Shown: positions 26,877 through 34,646 of the stretch, piece by piece | How positions within the stretch are numbered: position 1 is the first letter of the stretch | Layout of the letters: each line of letters starts with the position of its first letter | Source: Candidatus Bathyarchaeum tardum | GTDB taxonomy: Archaea > Thermoproteota > Bathyarchaeia > Bathyarchaeales > Bathyarchaeaceae | NCBI GenBank assembly: GCA_024650005.2 | Contig: CP122380.1 | Location: forward strand, 1,520,681 to 1,560,680 | Direction of reading: 5' to 3' | DNA: 40,000 bases | Translations under genes and position numbers: made by a program | Notes under the pieces: model-generated | What the model saw: the letters and a program-made list of their open reading frames with translations, nothing else | The model's database searches: none | What the model was told of the DNA's origin: nothing

Positions 26877-27158
26877 TCACCCGAATTTCTTGAGCACTTG
26901 CCTTCCAAGGTCGGTTATTTCAACAGCGTAGAAATCATAAGGTCCAAATTTTTTTTCCGGATAAGGATTATCAATGAGCTTAGATTGTGACAGGTGCCGC
27001 ACTGCGTCATTTAGACCTCTAGGCATCAAACTCGTCTTTTTATGTAACATGTCCACGGTCACAATTACACCTTTCTCAAATTCAGATAAAGCCGCAAGAA
27101 CTTTTCTAGAATTTGAGTCAGTAATGTCCCAATCGTCTTGTACAAAATCTTCAACCAT
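26877..27158 (-). CDS. Hypothetical protein, possibly winged-helix
   Basis: 93-aa ORF. SNSRKVLAALSEFEKGVIVTVDMLHKKTSLMPRGLNDAVRHLSQSKLI resembles a wHTH core. No family recognised. Confidence 0.45.
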   Translation of the reverse strand: MVEDFVQDDWDITDSNSRKVLAALSEFEKGVIVTVDMLHKKTSLMPRGLNDAVRHLSQSKLIDNPYPEKKFGPYDFYAVEITDLGRQVLKKFG

Positions 27159-27391
27159 AAAAACCCCTACCTTAACTACTACAGTCTATGCATAAAAACC
27201 ATTTGTGTATTAACATGGTTCCGATATTATATGTTGAAATGTCCCGCAGGCATGTTATCATTTCACGATAAAAAATATCGTAAGTTTGAGTATTAGAATA
27301 AAGTATTTGCATTCAATTCCTCACGTGTTAATTGATACAAATTGTGTTTGTTCCAGTTGGATTTGCATAACAATTTCCTTTGCTTTTTTCT

Positions 27392-28092
27392 TCACCCCTT
27401 TGTCAATGATTTTACTTCTTTGCTGTAATCTATCACATGTGGAATAACCTTGTCATCTCTTAGAACCCTAGCTTTTTGTTTGATGAGCTTGGCATATTTG
27501 GCGTCTAACTCCACAAGCCTATTTTCGGTTTCTCGTCAATTCGCGTAATCAGCAAGCAAACTCTTGTATGTCTTAATTTCAGAAATCATTGATTGGAGAC
27601 TTTGAACCTCAGCGATTTCTAGTCCAGGTTCATCAAGAGCCAGTATTATTTTGGCAAGGCTTTCAAAAATCTTCACACTGGACAGCCCAGGGGCATGTCA
27701 TTTGTTGTTGTTGGGGGGTAGGGGGGGTCAACAACAACATTTGAGCAGCCTTCTCTGAAAGGTACGTTGGTCCAGATGATTGTGGGTTTTTGCATGTCTC
27801 CATTCCAGTAGGATAATCAGTATCAACACCAACTAGAATAGAGTGTTCCTTATTACAGGGAGTTCGATTTGATTGCATAATATTCAGTCAAAATTGCGTT
27901 AACATTCTCAAAATCTAAGAAAGGAAGCATTACATCCTTGACGTATGCCGCTTGTGCACTACGAACAGTTGGACCAAGAAAAATAGGATAAAGAAAAGCA
28001 TTCCAAACATTAGCATCACTTTTCGCTAGCTCGTCCAAGTGCCATTTTTGAAGTACCAACGATGTGAAATCTGCAAAACCATCTGGTAACAA
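27392..28092 (-). pseudogene. Broken gene of unknown family (at least two frameshifts and one in-frame TGA)
   Basis: Track ORFs 27853..28092 and 27663..27878 overlap in different frames. My translation then continues in a third frame as SLAKIILALDEPGLEIAEVQSLQSMISEIKTYKSLLADYAN*RETENRLVELDAKYAKLIKQKARVLRDDKVIPHVIDYSKEVKSLTKG* (TGA at 27536-38). Confidence 0.4.
27703..27739. other. Perfect 11-bp inverted repeat (TGTTGTTGTTG / CAACAACAACA) around a G-rich 15-nt loop
   Basis: Left arm 27703-27713, right arm 27729-27739, loop GGGGGTAGGGGGGGT. On the minus strand this gives C7 and C6 homopolymer runs inside the broken ORF. Confidence 0.8.
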
Positions 28093-28219
28093 ACAAATCC
28101 CCAGATTGTTATAACTTTCTTAAAATTAAACTTTTATTGATTGAAATAATTTCACAAGCCATAAATGTTTAAAGATAATGTAATAATCGAAAATATTTTT
28201 AATTTCAGATTTACAATCA

Positions 28220-28241
28220 AAAAAGTGGATTCGTGGGAGAT
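28220..28241. repeat. 22-nt dispersed repeat, copy 1 (AAAAAGTGGATTCGTGGGAGAT)
   Basis: Matches 29277..29298 at 21 of 22 positions. On the minus strand it reads ATCTCCCACGAATCCACTTTTT, ending in a T-run, and sits just downstream of a minus-strand ORF fragment. Confidence 0.8.
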
Positions 28242-28745
28242 TTCTCCAAATTTAGGAGCAATCCATGCCAGACCCCGACCCCTCCGAGATGGACGATGAC
28301 CCTAGATATGATAAAGTTCTTTTTTTGAAGATTTTACTGCCATCGTCGTATTCGCCTGTGACAAATTTGAAGTCAAGTTCTATTAATTCAACTGCTTCTT
28401 TGGAGGTGTTAGCAATGTTTCGGATGAATCCTTCTTTTTGAGGATGTTCTAAAAATTGAATGTATTCTTTAAGTAGTCATTGGGTTTCTTTGTCCAAGCA
28501 TATTTTGAACATAAATTGTGTCTTTGACGGAATTGGGGTTGTTTAGGGTTGCACCTTTTTTACGAAGAGTTTGAGCAGGTAAGTGTAAGTTTTTTTGTTG
28601 ATTCAGCAGATCCGTTTCTTTTTAAATTCCAGAAATATTCTCATGTTTTCTGTAAAGTTCATTGTCGTCAATTGTGCTCTCCCCTGAGCTTTTCTAGTGA
28701 CGTATAGCAAAAAATATGAAAGATTGAACATCTGAACTTGTTATA

Positions 28746-28919
28746 TCATTCTTTTTTTTCCATTAGGGCTATTATTATGGCTACGATTCCGATGATGATT
28801 TTTAAAATTGCGTGCCAATCTGGCTCGGTTGCCATGTCTGAAACTCCGGGTAATCCTGCAATTCCCATTATCGCCAGCAAAGCTCCTACAATAATTAAAG
28901 TAATTTTACAATATTGCAT
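28746..28919 (-). CDS. Small two-TM membrane protein (57 aa)
   Basis: My own translation gives MQYCKITLIIVGALLAIMGIAGLPGVSDMATEPDWHAILKIIIGIVAIIIALMEKKE. GGAGGTGA lies about 5 nt upstream of the ATG. I prefer it to the overlapping plus-strand 65-aa track ORF, which has no RBS and an odd composition. Confidence 0.5.
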   Translation of the reverse strand: MQYCKITLIIVGALLAIMGIAGLPGVSDMATEPDWHAILKIIIGIVAIIIALMEKKE

Positions 28920-29066
28920 TACTTCACCTCCTTAAAATTGTATATTATTTTTATTTCGGGTTATATGCTTTTAACATTTTTTATATATTTCATCATATTA
29001 TCGTAAACTTTTTTTAGGCAAGTGACACTATTTAATTAGGGGATTTTTAGGGGGAGGTGGAATATT

Positions 29067-29165
29067 TTGAAATGTGGACTTTGTAAAAAGGAAGTCAAAA
29101 AACAGCCAATGATAACGGCTGACGGAAAATGCTCTGAATGTGGAGCTAAACTAAAAGCAGCATAA
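29067..29165 (+). CDS. Small zinc-ribbon protein (32 aa, TTG start)
   Basis: GGGGAGGTGG is followed after 6-7 nt by TTG. The translation is (M)KCGLCKKEVKKQPMITADGKCSECGAKLKAA, with two CxxC pairs. Confidence 0.35.
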   Translation: MKCGLCKKEVKKQPMITADGKCSECGAKLKAA

Positions 29166-29276
29166 CAAAATAAAGCTACTAACTTTTTAGCCCCCATTGG
29201 GGGCAAATCATATTTTTTTAATTAATTAATTTTTCATGCTTTTCTTAAGTTGTGTTTTTAAAAAAGTTAAAAATAG

Positions 29277-29298
29277 AAAAAGTGGATTTGTGGGAGAT
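29277..29298. repeat. 22-nt dispersed repeat, copy 2 (AAAAAGTGGATTTGTGGGAGAT)
   Basis: See copy 1. It lies about 40 nt downstream of the radical SAM gene stop (minus strand), and the minus-strand reading ends in T5. Confidence 0.8.
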
Positions 29299-29336
29299 AT
29301 CACAATATGGGTGACAATGCAAAGAAGACGGGCATA

Positions 29337-29942
29337 TTATCGTGCTCTAAATTTGACGCCGATTTTTTGTGCCAGTTCTTTGACCTTTGTCACTTCCAAT
29401 TCAGGAACAGTTACAGCTGTTGCTTCAGTTTCCATGACGTGTTTAGCTTTTTTGATAAACTCCAGAACACTTTCATATGCGCCTTCTAACGCGGGTTTGC
29501 AGATTCGATTGTAAGTTTGTTCATCGGGAGCATTCAAACTAACATTAATTTTGTCTACCCCTGCAGCCTTTAATTCACCTACTACGTCTCTTCCTTTGTT
29601 TAACAAGTAGCCTTGACCATTGGTGTTAACTCTAACTGTCATCGGTTGGTTCTTTTTTATCCACTTCGTTACTTCCAAAACAAGATCCAATCGTTCTAAA
29701 GGTTCACCAAACCCACAAAAGACTATTTCTTCCCAGTTTTTTGTAGGTAAAACTTTTTGCAATTCTTCAATAATTTCTTTTGCCGTTGGCTCTTTTTGTA
29801 ATTTTAGTTTAAAGCCGTCAAGTCCGTCCTTAAATTTTCTTACACAGAAAATGCAGTTATTAGAGCATCTGTTAGTTACGTTCAAATATACCTTATTGCC
29901 AAGCCAATAAACGATGCTTGGTCTACCATCAGAACCAGTCAT
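29337..29942 (-). CDS. Radical SAM protein (small, TatD-associated-type)
   Basis: CxxxCxxC cluster in VTNRCSNNCIFCVRK; FCGFGEPL; 201 aa, resembling the short TIGR04038-like radical SAM family. Confidence 0.8.
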   Translation of the reverse strand: MTGSDGRPSIVYWLGNKVYLNVTNRCSNNCIFCVRKFKDGLDGFKLKLQKEPTAKEIIEELQKVLPTKNWEEIVFCGFGEPLERLDLVLEVTKWIKKNQPMTVRVNTNGQGYLLNKGRDVVGELKAAGVDKINVSLNAPDEQTYNRICKPALEGAYESVLEFIKKAKHVMETEATAVTVPELEVTKVKELAQKIGVKFRAR

Positions 29943-30265
29943 TTACTTAGTATATATTTTGGGGCTTCTTGAATTTTTTCATTTGTTAACTCTAGTCAGT
30001 TTTTAGACGGAAGCTATTTCAAAATAAACTTTAACGAAAACTCTTTGTTATGACTCGGGTCCAACAAAACTATATCCAAACAATCCTAAGAAAACTAAAA
30101 CTATGATTGTTAACGATAATTAATAATACTCAATTATGAAAACAATAAAGAATTTGTTTGGGATTAGAACATAATTTTAACCAGATAATGAAACAAATAT
30201 TATATTCATAAAATAATCAATCTAATCTGGGTTATTCGAAACAGGTTCTGGAGTCAAATAATCAA

Positions 30266-30817
30266 ATGGTTCAACTCGATCTGCCTTTATGGGGACAACC
30301 TCAAAGACGAAATCAATGTGTTCCAACATGTCTGAAGATGATTTTAGAATATCTTAGAAAAAAATACGGCGATTCAATTCCTAGGCTTTCGATAAAAAAA
30401 ATTTGTAAAATTGTGGATACACAAATAGATGGCACAATTCCAAAAAATGTGGAAAGAATCAATTCGTATCTCTGTAATGGAAACCCAAATGTAGAATTTA
30501 AGTCATATATTTTGGGTGATTTTAAGATAATAAAAAAGGAAATACTGGAAAATAACCTTCCAGTAATAGTTTGGATAAACTCCGCTGATCCCCCAGACAA
30601 AGTATGGCATACTGTTGTGGTGACTGGGTTCGACCCAGAAACAAATATCGTAACATATAACGACCCTTTAGATAGAAGTGAAAAACATGAAGAAGTAGGA
30701 GTTTTTAGCAGCAAATGGGGTTTTGAAAGCAGAATGGTTAAAGTAAAAGTTTTTAAAACAAAGCAAAGACAGATACCAGAGTGGACATCAAACAATAACG
30801 AAGGAGAGATTGATTAA
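30266..30817 (+). CDS. Peptidase C39-like (papain-fold) domain protein, stand-alone
   Basis: QPQRRNQCVPTCLKMILEYL supplies a Gln plus the candidate catalytic Cys. VWHTVVVTGFDPETNIVTYNDP supplies candidate His and Asp. No signal peptide and no ABC-transporter fusion. Confidence 0.65.
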   Translation: MVQLDLPLWGQPQRRNQCVPTCLKMILEYLRKKYGDSIPRLSIKKICKIVDTQIDGTIPKNVERINSYLCNGNPNVEFKSYILGDFKIIKKEILENNLPVIVWINSADPPDKVWHTVVVTGFDPETNIVTYNDPLDRSEKHEEVGVFSSKWGFESRMVKVKVFKTKQRQIPEWTSNNNEGEID

Positions 30818-31767
30818 TGAGCATTACCCTTGAAAAAATTGCTCAAAGTCATGCCTTTTCTAATTATGGCGATTTAGTTTTAGTTGATGCTCCAGAATAT
30901 GATAAAAAAGAAAATCTATATGTTTCTAGATTGCGTTCTGACTATCCATTATTCATTCAAGATGACTTATTACCTGACAAAAAAACTATGCGTGTTCTTA
31001 AAATTGGAAAAATAGGAACCATTTCAATAAATTCCGAAAAACAAATTGTTAAAGAAAAAACGTCGTCAAGAGATGAAATAATATCAAACTTGCATCAATT
31101 CTTCAAGCTATGGAGAGAAAGAGCAGAAAGAATAGTAATCGAGGCATCAGCTCAAAATCTTGTTAAGATTTCTGAATCATCCCACTTCTTTGATCCAATA
31201 ATCTCGATTATTTTTTATCTATGGGATGAACACAAAATATCAGATGAAGAAATTCTATTACAAAGGTCTCCCAATCGAAGAAAAAAAATTAAGCTATATT
31301 TGAAATTGCTTGAAGGATTAAAAATTGTTCGCAGAATTGAAAATGGATATTGTGAAGGAAATACATTTCTCTCATTACGAAAAGAAGTGAATAATGATGA
31401 AGAGTGTTTTAAAAATGTTGTTCTATCTCATATAATACAAGAGAGATATACAACTCTTAGGGATGTTTTCCAATTAACAATTTTAGAGCCAACTATCCAT
31501 ATCGATAATTCAATATATTTGCCAGAATTAGAAACTGAACAAACAGTTTATCGCAATATGAATTCAATTAGGCGAGACTATGAATATTATTATGGGCGTT
31601 CGATAAATCCGTTAGATTTGAAAATGATTTTAAAGAGACTAGTTAATGCAAACGCAATAAACCAAAAAGGAAAATATTATTCAGGAAATCAAAAACTTCT
31701 AAATGCAATGGTAAACATTAAGAAAAGTAATCCAGATTTGAGCCCAGAATTCTTAGTTCAGATATAA
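30817..31767 (+). CDS. Hypothetical protein (316 aa), translationally coupled to the C39-like gene
   Basis: Its ATG shares one nucleotide with the upstream TAA (TAATG). No competing ORF. A central KLYLKLLEGLKIVRRIENGY segment suggests a wHTH. No family recognised. Confidence 0.6.
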   Translation: MSITLEKIAQSHAFSNYGDLVLVDAPEYDKKENLYVSRLRSDYPLFIQDDLLPDKKTMRVLKIGKIGTISINSEKQIVKEKTSSRDEIISNLHQFFKLWRERAERIVIEASAQNLVKISESSHFFDPIISIIFYLWDEHKISDEEILLQRSPNRRKKIKLYLKLLEGLKIVRRIENGYCEGNTFLSLRKEVNNDEECFKNVVLSHIIQERYTTLRDVFQLTILEPTIHIDNSIYLPELETEQTVYRNMNSIRRDYEYYYGRSINPLDLKMILKRLVNANAINQKGKYYSGNQKLLNAMVNIKKSNPDLSPEFLVQI

Positions 31768-31890
31768 TTTAAATGAAATAAAACGCATTAGTTTAACGTA
31801 ATTGCGCACACGCTCTTAAAGGCAATGTTTGTTTATTTTTATAATGTATAATTGATCGTTTGTGTTTGCGTAAAGGGGGGTGAATATTTT

Positions 31891-32463
31891 TTGCCAAAAT
31901 ATGGAAAGCCGGTATGGCAGCATGTTTTTGAAGCAGCAAAAGAAATCAATGGAACTTTTACAGCTACGGATATTATCAGAAAAGTTCAGCAAAAAAATTC
32001 TAAAATTCCAGAGGTGACTATACGTTCAATGGTCACAGCGATGGCTCCCAATCATCCTTTCAGTGGTCATTGGCCGTCTACAAGAAGACTTCACGGGGTT
32101 TTCAAGCACTTAGGTGAAGATCGATTTTCCATGTTAGAAAAGGAAAACGAAGATAAATCAGAAGTAGAAAATGTTGATACAAAAGAAGTTACTGAACAAG
32201 ATATGCAGGTGACAGTTTTGGGAGAATTAAAAGAGTTTACGGATAAAGAGCTTGAAGAATTCAATGGAAAAAACGGCAAGCCCACATACTTGGGTTATCA
32301 AGGAAAAGTCTATGACGTTTCCCAAAGTGGTCTCTGGGACGGCGGTGACCACATGGGCAGCCATCAAGCAGGAAAAGACATAACAGAAGAAGTAGACCTT
32401 GCTCCTCACGGGGAAGAAGTTCTCGAAAGAAAAAATGTAAAGCTCGTAGGAAAATTAGTATAG
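31891..32463 (+). CDS. Two-domain protein: unknown N-terminal domain plus a C-terminal cytochrome b5-like heme/steroid-binding domain (COG4892-like)
   Basis: The C-terminal FTDKELEEFNGKNGKPTYLGYQGKVYDVSQSGLWDGGDHMGSHQAGKDITEEVDLAPHGEEVLE matches the prokaryotic cyt-b5-like family. I placed the start at TTG 31891, after GGGGGGTGA. The track start at 31852 is possible. Confidence 0.65.
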   Translation: MPKYGKPVWQHVFEAAKEINGTFTATDIIRKVQQKNSKIPEVTIRSMVTAMAPNHPFSGHWPSTRRLHGVFKHLGEDRFSMLEKENEDKSEVENVDTKEVTEQDMQVTVLGELKEFTDKELEEFNGKNGKPTYLGYQGKVYDVSQSGLWDGGDHMGSHQAGKDITEEVDLAPHGEEVLERKNVKLVGKLV

Positions 32464-32747
32464 TCTTTAGTAAAATAATTCGCAGTATATCATATACTTG
32501 GATTTACTCATCTTGTTAATCATTGGGCATAATTTTCTGGAGTCAAATTTCAATTCATTAAAGAAAAATAAATTCAGATGACCAAATTAAGTCCAGTTTA
32601 TAGCTTAAACAGAATTAAAAAGAGGAATGATTAGTTTCGTCATAACTCTGTTTTTTATCATCCTATTTGAAAAAAAACATATATCCACATATATGTATAG
32701 GTAGATATCCTTATATAAGTTCAAAACCTATTAAAGGTTAGATAAAA

Positions 32748-32915
32748 ATGGGAAAATATAATATTTCAGTTAAAGATAGACTGGATCGAAGATTTAGAGA
32801 AGAGGTTTTTAAAAGAAAAGGAATGAAAAAGGGAAATCTTTCTGAAGCCATCGAAGAAGCCATGGTCATGTGGATCGGGGGAAAAAAAGAAAATGAAGAG
32901 CGAAGGGATCAATAA
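32748..32915 (+). CDS. Ribbon-helix-helix-like small protein (55 aa)
   Basis: My own translation gives MGKYNISVKDRLDRRFREEVFKRKGMKKGNLSEAIEEAMVMWIGGKKENEERRDQ. It has an N-terminal beta-strand (ISVKD) and the GNLSEAIEEAM helix typical of RHH antitoxin-like proteins. Confidence 0.5.
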   Translation: MGKYNISVKDRLDRRFREEVFKRKGMKKGNLSEAIEEAMVMWIGGKKENEERRDQ

Positions 32916-32976
32916 TTATTATTGATGCATAAAACATTTATAGGAAATGTTGTAATGTACAAAATTCCATCTAAAA

Positions 32977-33183
32977 ATGGAGGAGTCAATTTTGGGAAGA
33001 GAATTTGAGTATATAATGTCTATTAGTGAAAAGTTAACTGCAGGAAAATGGATAGCTGTAATCGACAAAGACATTATAGAAGGTGATTCAGCCAAAGACG
33101 TTGTTAACGAAGCTAAGGCTAAATATCCTAAAAAAGAACCCTTCATAATGAAAGTCCCAAACAACGCTGTAATGTTGCTTTAA
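32977..33183 (+). CDS. DUF5678-like small protein
   Basis: GKWIAVIDKDIIEGDSAKDVVNEAKAKYPKKEPFIMKVP matches the archaeal DUF5678 pattern. Its stop lies 1 nt before the next ATG. Confidence 0.6.
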   Translation: MEESILGREFEYIMSISEKLTAGKWIAVIDKDIIEGDSAKDVVNEAKAKYPKKEPFIMKVPNNAVMLL

Positions 33184-33184
33184 A

Positions 33185-33682
33185 ATGAGTGAAATCATCA
33201 CAGGTCGCTGCAAAGGAGCTTTTAACTGCAAGTATCTAGCTTTCACTGATCCTAAACTTCAAAGAAAATTTCGCCTTCCTTTAGTTCACATTCGATTAAA
33301 AAACGGGAATATGAGTATTAGAACTGACGCCTTAGTGGATTCTGGTGCAACTGCAACTTTTATTCCAGTTGAACTTGCCGAGGTTTTAGATATTGATTTT
33401 CCAAAAGAAACTAGCGAAGCTGTAGGTGCAGGTGGTTCTTTTCCTACATTCAATTGCATAATTGATCGCATCGATATTTTGAAGGGAACACGAATATTTT
33501 GTTATCTAAAAAATTTTCCTGTAACAATTCCGACAAAAGAAGATATGATACCCCATACTATACTAGGCAGGGATTCAGTTTTTTGGGATAACGACATCAC
33601 GTTTAGAGAACGAAAACAAAGAACAGTATTTCGAACGCCAAAAAAGAAAAGTAATAATTATAAAAAACTCTTTCTAAATTAG
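33185..33682 (+). CDS. Retropepsin-like aspartic protease
   Basis: ALVDSGATATFIP is a D-S/T-G-A active-site loop, and ILGRDSVF is the flap/ILG motif. A single-lobe size implies a homodimer, and the tail is basic. Confidence 0.7.
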   Translation: MSEIITGRCKGAFNCKYLAFTDPKLQRKFRLPLVHIRLKNGNMSIRTDALVDSGATATFIPVELAEVLDIDFPKETSEAVGAGGSFPTFNCIIDRIDILKGTRIFCYLKNFPVTIPTKEDMIPHTILGRDSVFWDNDITFRERKQRTVFRTPKKKSNNYKKLFLN

Positions 33683-33881
33683 AGTGATTTCGGAAACTGG
33701 ATGTTCTTTAATTCAAGTAATTATGTTTAATGTTTATTAAAAAATACAAGAGTATTTTTTTAAATAATAAGAAAAAAATAATCTTCCATTTAACCATATC
33801 GATTATATCAGTTTACTGGAAAAATCAGACCAAAAATACTAAAGATTTAGTCAGATAGGTAAATTTTCAGTATAGTTCTGT

Positions 33882-34181
33882 TTAGTATCTTCGGTATCCT
33901 ATGAACAGGCCAGCAACAAAGCTTGCTGCGAATGGGACACTAGTTATTGCTGCGATGATTCCCAGGGGGGCTAGTACGCCCATGAATTCTGTGAAACCTA
34001 CGCTTATGGCGTCCAGGTTCAAGTCAAGGTTTCCTGTGCTCCAAAATACGATGATTACTATGGCGACAATTACAAGGGTTATAGTCATGCCCGAGATTCT
34101 TCGGAACATTTGGCCTGCAAAATATCCAGCTATTCCGCCTATGGCCAGCATTAATAGTATGGGGCTAATTAGGTCTTGCAT
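33882..34181 (-). CDS. Small integral membrane protein (3 TM; possibly FUN14-like)
   Basis: 99 aa, hydrophobic, with GGIAGYFAGQMFRRISG. GGTGG lies about 10 nt upstream of the ATG. The overlapping plus-strand ORF 33901..34209 is judged a shadow. Confidence 0.6.
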   Translation of the reverse strand: MQDLISPILLMLAIGGIAGYFAGQMFRRISGMTITLVIVAIVIIVFWSTGNLDLNLDAISVGFTEFMGVLAPLGIIAAITSVPFAASFVAGLFIGYRRY

Positions 34182-34201
34182 TTTTTGTTTCCACCTTTTT
34201 T

Positions 34202-34253
34202 GCAGATAAGTTGTTTTTCAACCGTTCAGGGTTGTAAACCGTGTTTTATCTGC
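34202..34253 (-). promoter_or_regulatory. Nested inverted repeat in the leader of the 33882..34181 gene
   Basis: Outer arms GCAGATAA (34202-09) and TTATCTGC (34246-53); inner arms CAACC (34219-23) and GGTTG (34230-34). It ends about 20 nt upstream of the start codon and RBS on the minus strand. Confidence 0.25.
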
Positions 34254-34368
34254 TTCTGATTGGTTGTATTGATTTTTTGTATATATAGTAATTATGAATT
34301 CAGGGTACATATGCGGATTTCATAATTGCTTTTTATTAAAACAAAGGAAGGGAAGTTTGGAGTTCAAA

Positions 34369-34506
34369 ATGAACGCGAAACTTCGTGAAATTCAGAAAAA
34401 ACTTGCGAATCTTGAAAAAGAAGCAAAGGACATAAAGCGGCTTCGGTCAGACGTTCACTATGTCAAACAATTCAGCCGAATGATTGTTAAACATCAAGTA
34501 GACTAA
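34369..34506 (+). CDS. Small coiled-coil protein (45 aa), hypothetical
   Basis: An internal ATG preceded by GGAG gives MNAKLREIQKKLANLEKEAKDIKRLRSDVHYVKQFSRMIVKHQVD. The upstream part of the track ORF looks non-coding. Confidence 0.35.
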   Translation: MNAKLREIQKKLANLEKEAKDIKRLRSDVHYVKQFSRMIVKHQVD

Positions 34507-34616
34507 ATTAGGTCTGCTTTAATCTTTGGATGTTTTTTGTTTTCTGCAAAGGCAGGTTCATCCAATTTCTTAATTTGTTTTATGTTTTGTTTTTGTAGTT
34601 TGTTTTGTGGGCAACC

Positions 34617-34623
34617 TTTTATT
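34617..34623 (+). promoter_or_regulatory. TATA-box-like element (TTTTATT) upstream of the structured RNA candidate
   Basis: Centred about 27-28 nt upstream of 34647/34648, where the closing helix starts. Confidence 0.3.
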
Positions 34624-34646
34624 CAAGAACAGGATTTACGTTTATT

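Noticed and set aside
27536-27538. In-frame TGA in the broken ORF, considered as selenocysteine or stop-codon recoding.
   Set aside because: The gene also has frameshifts upstream, there is no SECIS-like context, and pseudogenisation is the simpler explanation.
28738-28935. 65-aa plus-strand ORF from the track.
   Set aside because: The minus strand encodes a cleaner 57-aa two-TM protein with a GGAGGTGA RBS at ideal spacing.
30247-32547. 14-nt repeat TTCTGGAGTCAAAT at 30247-30260 and 32534-32547, considered as a shared regulatory site.
   Set aside because: A 14-mer match is expected by chance several times in 40 kb of AT-biased sequence, and the second copy precedes no credible gene.
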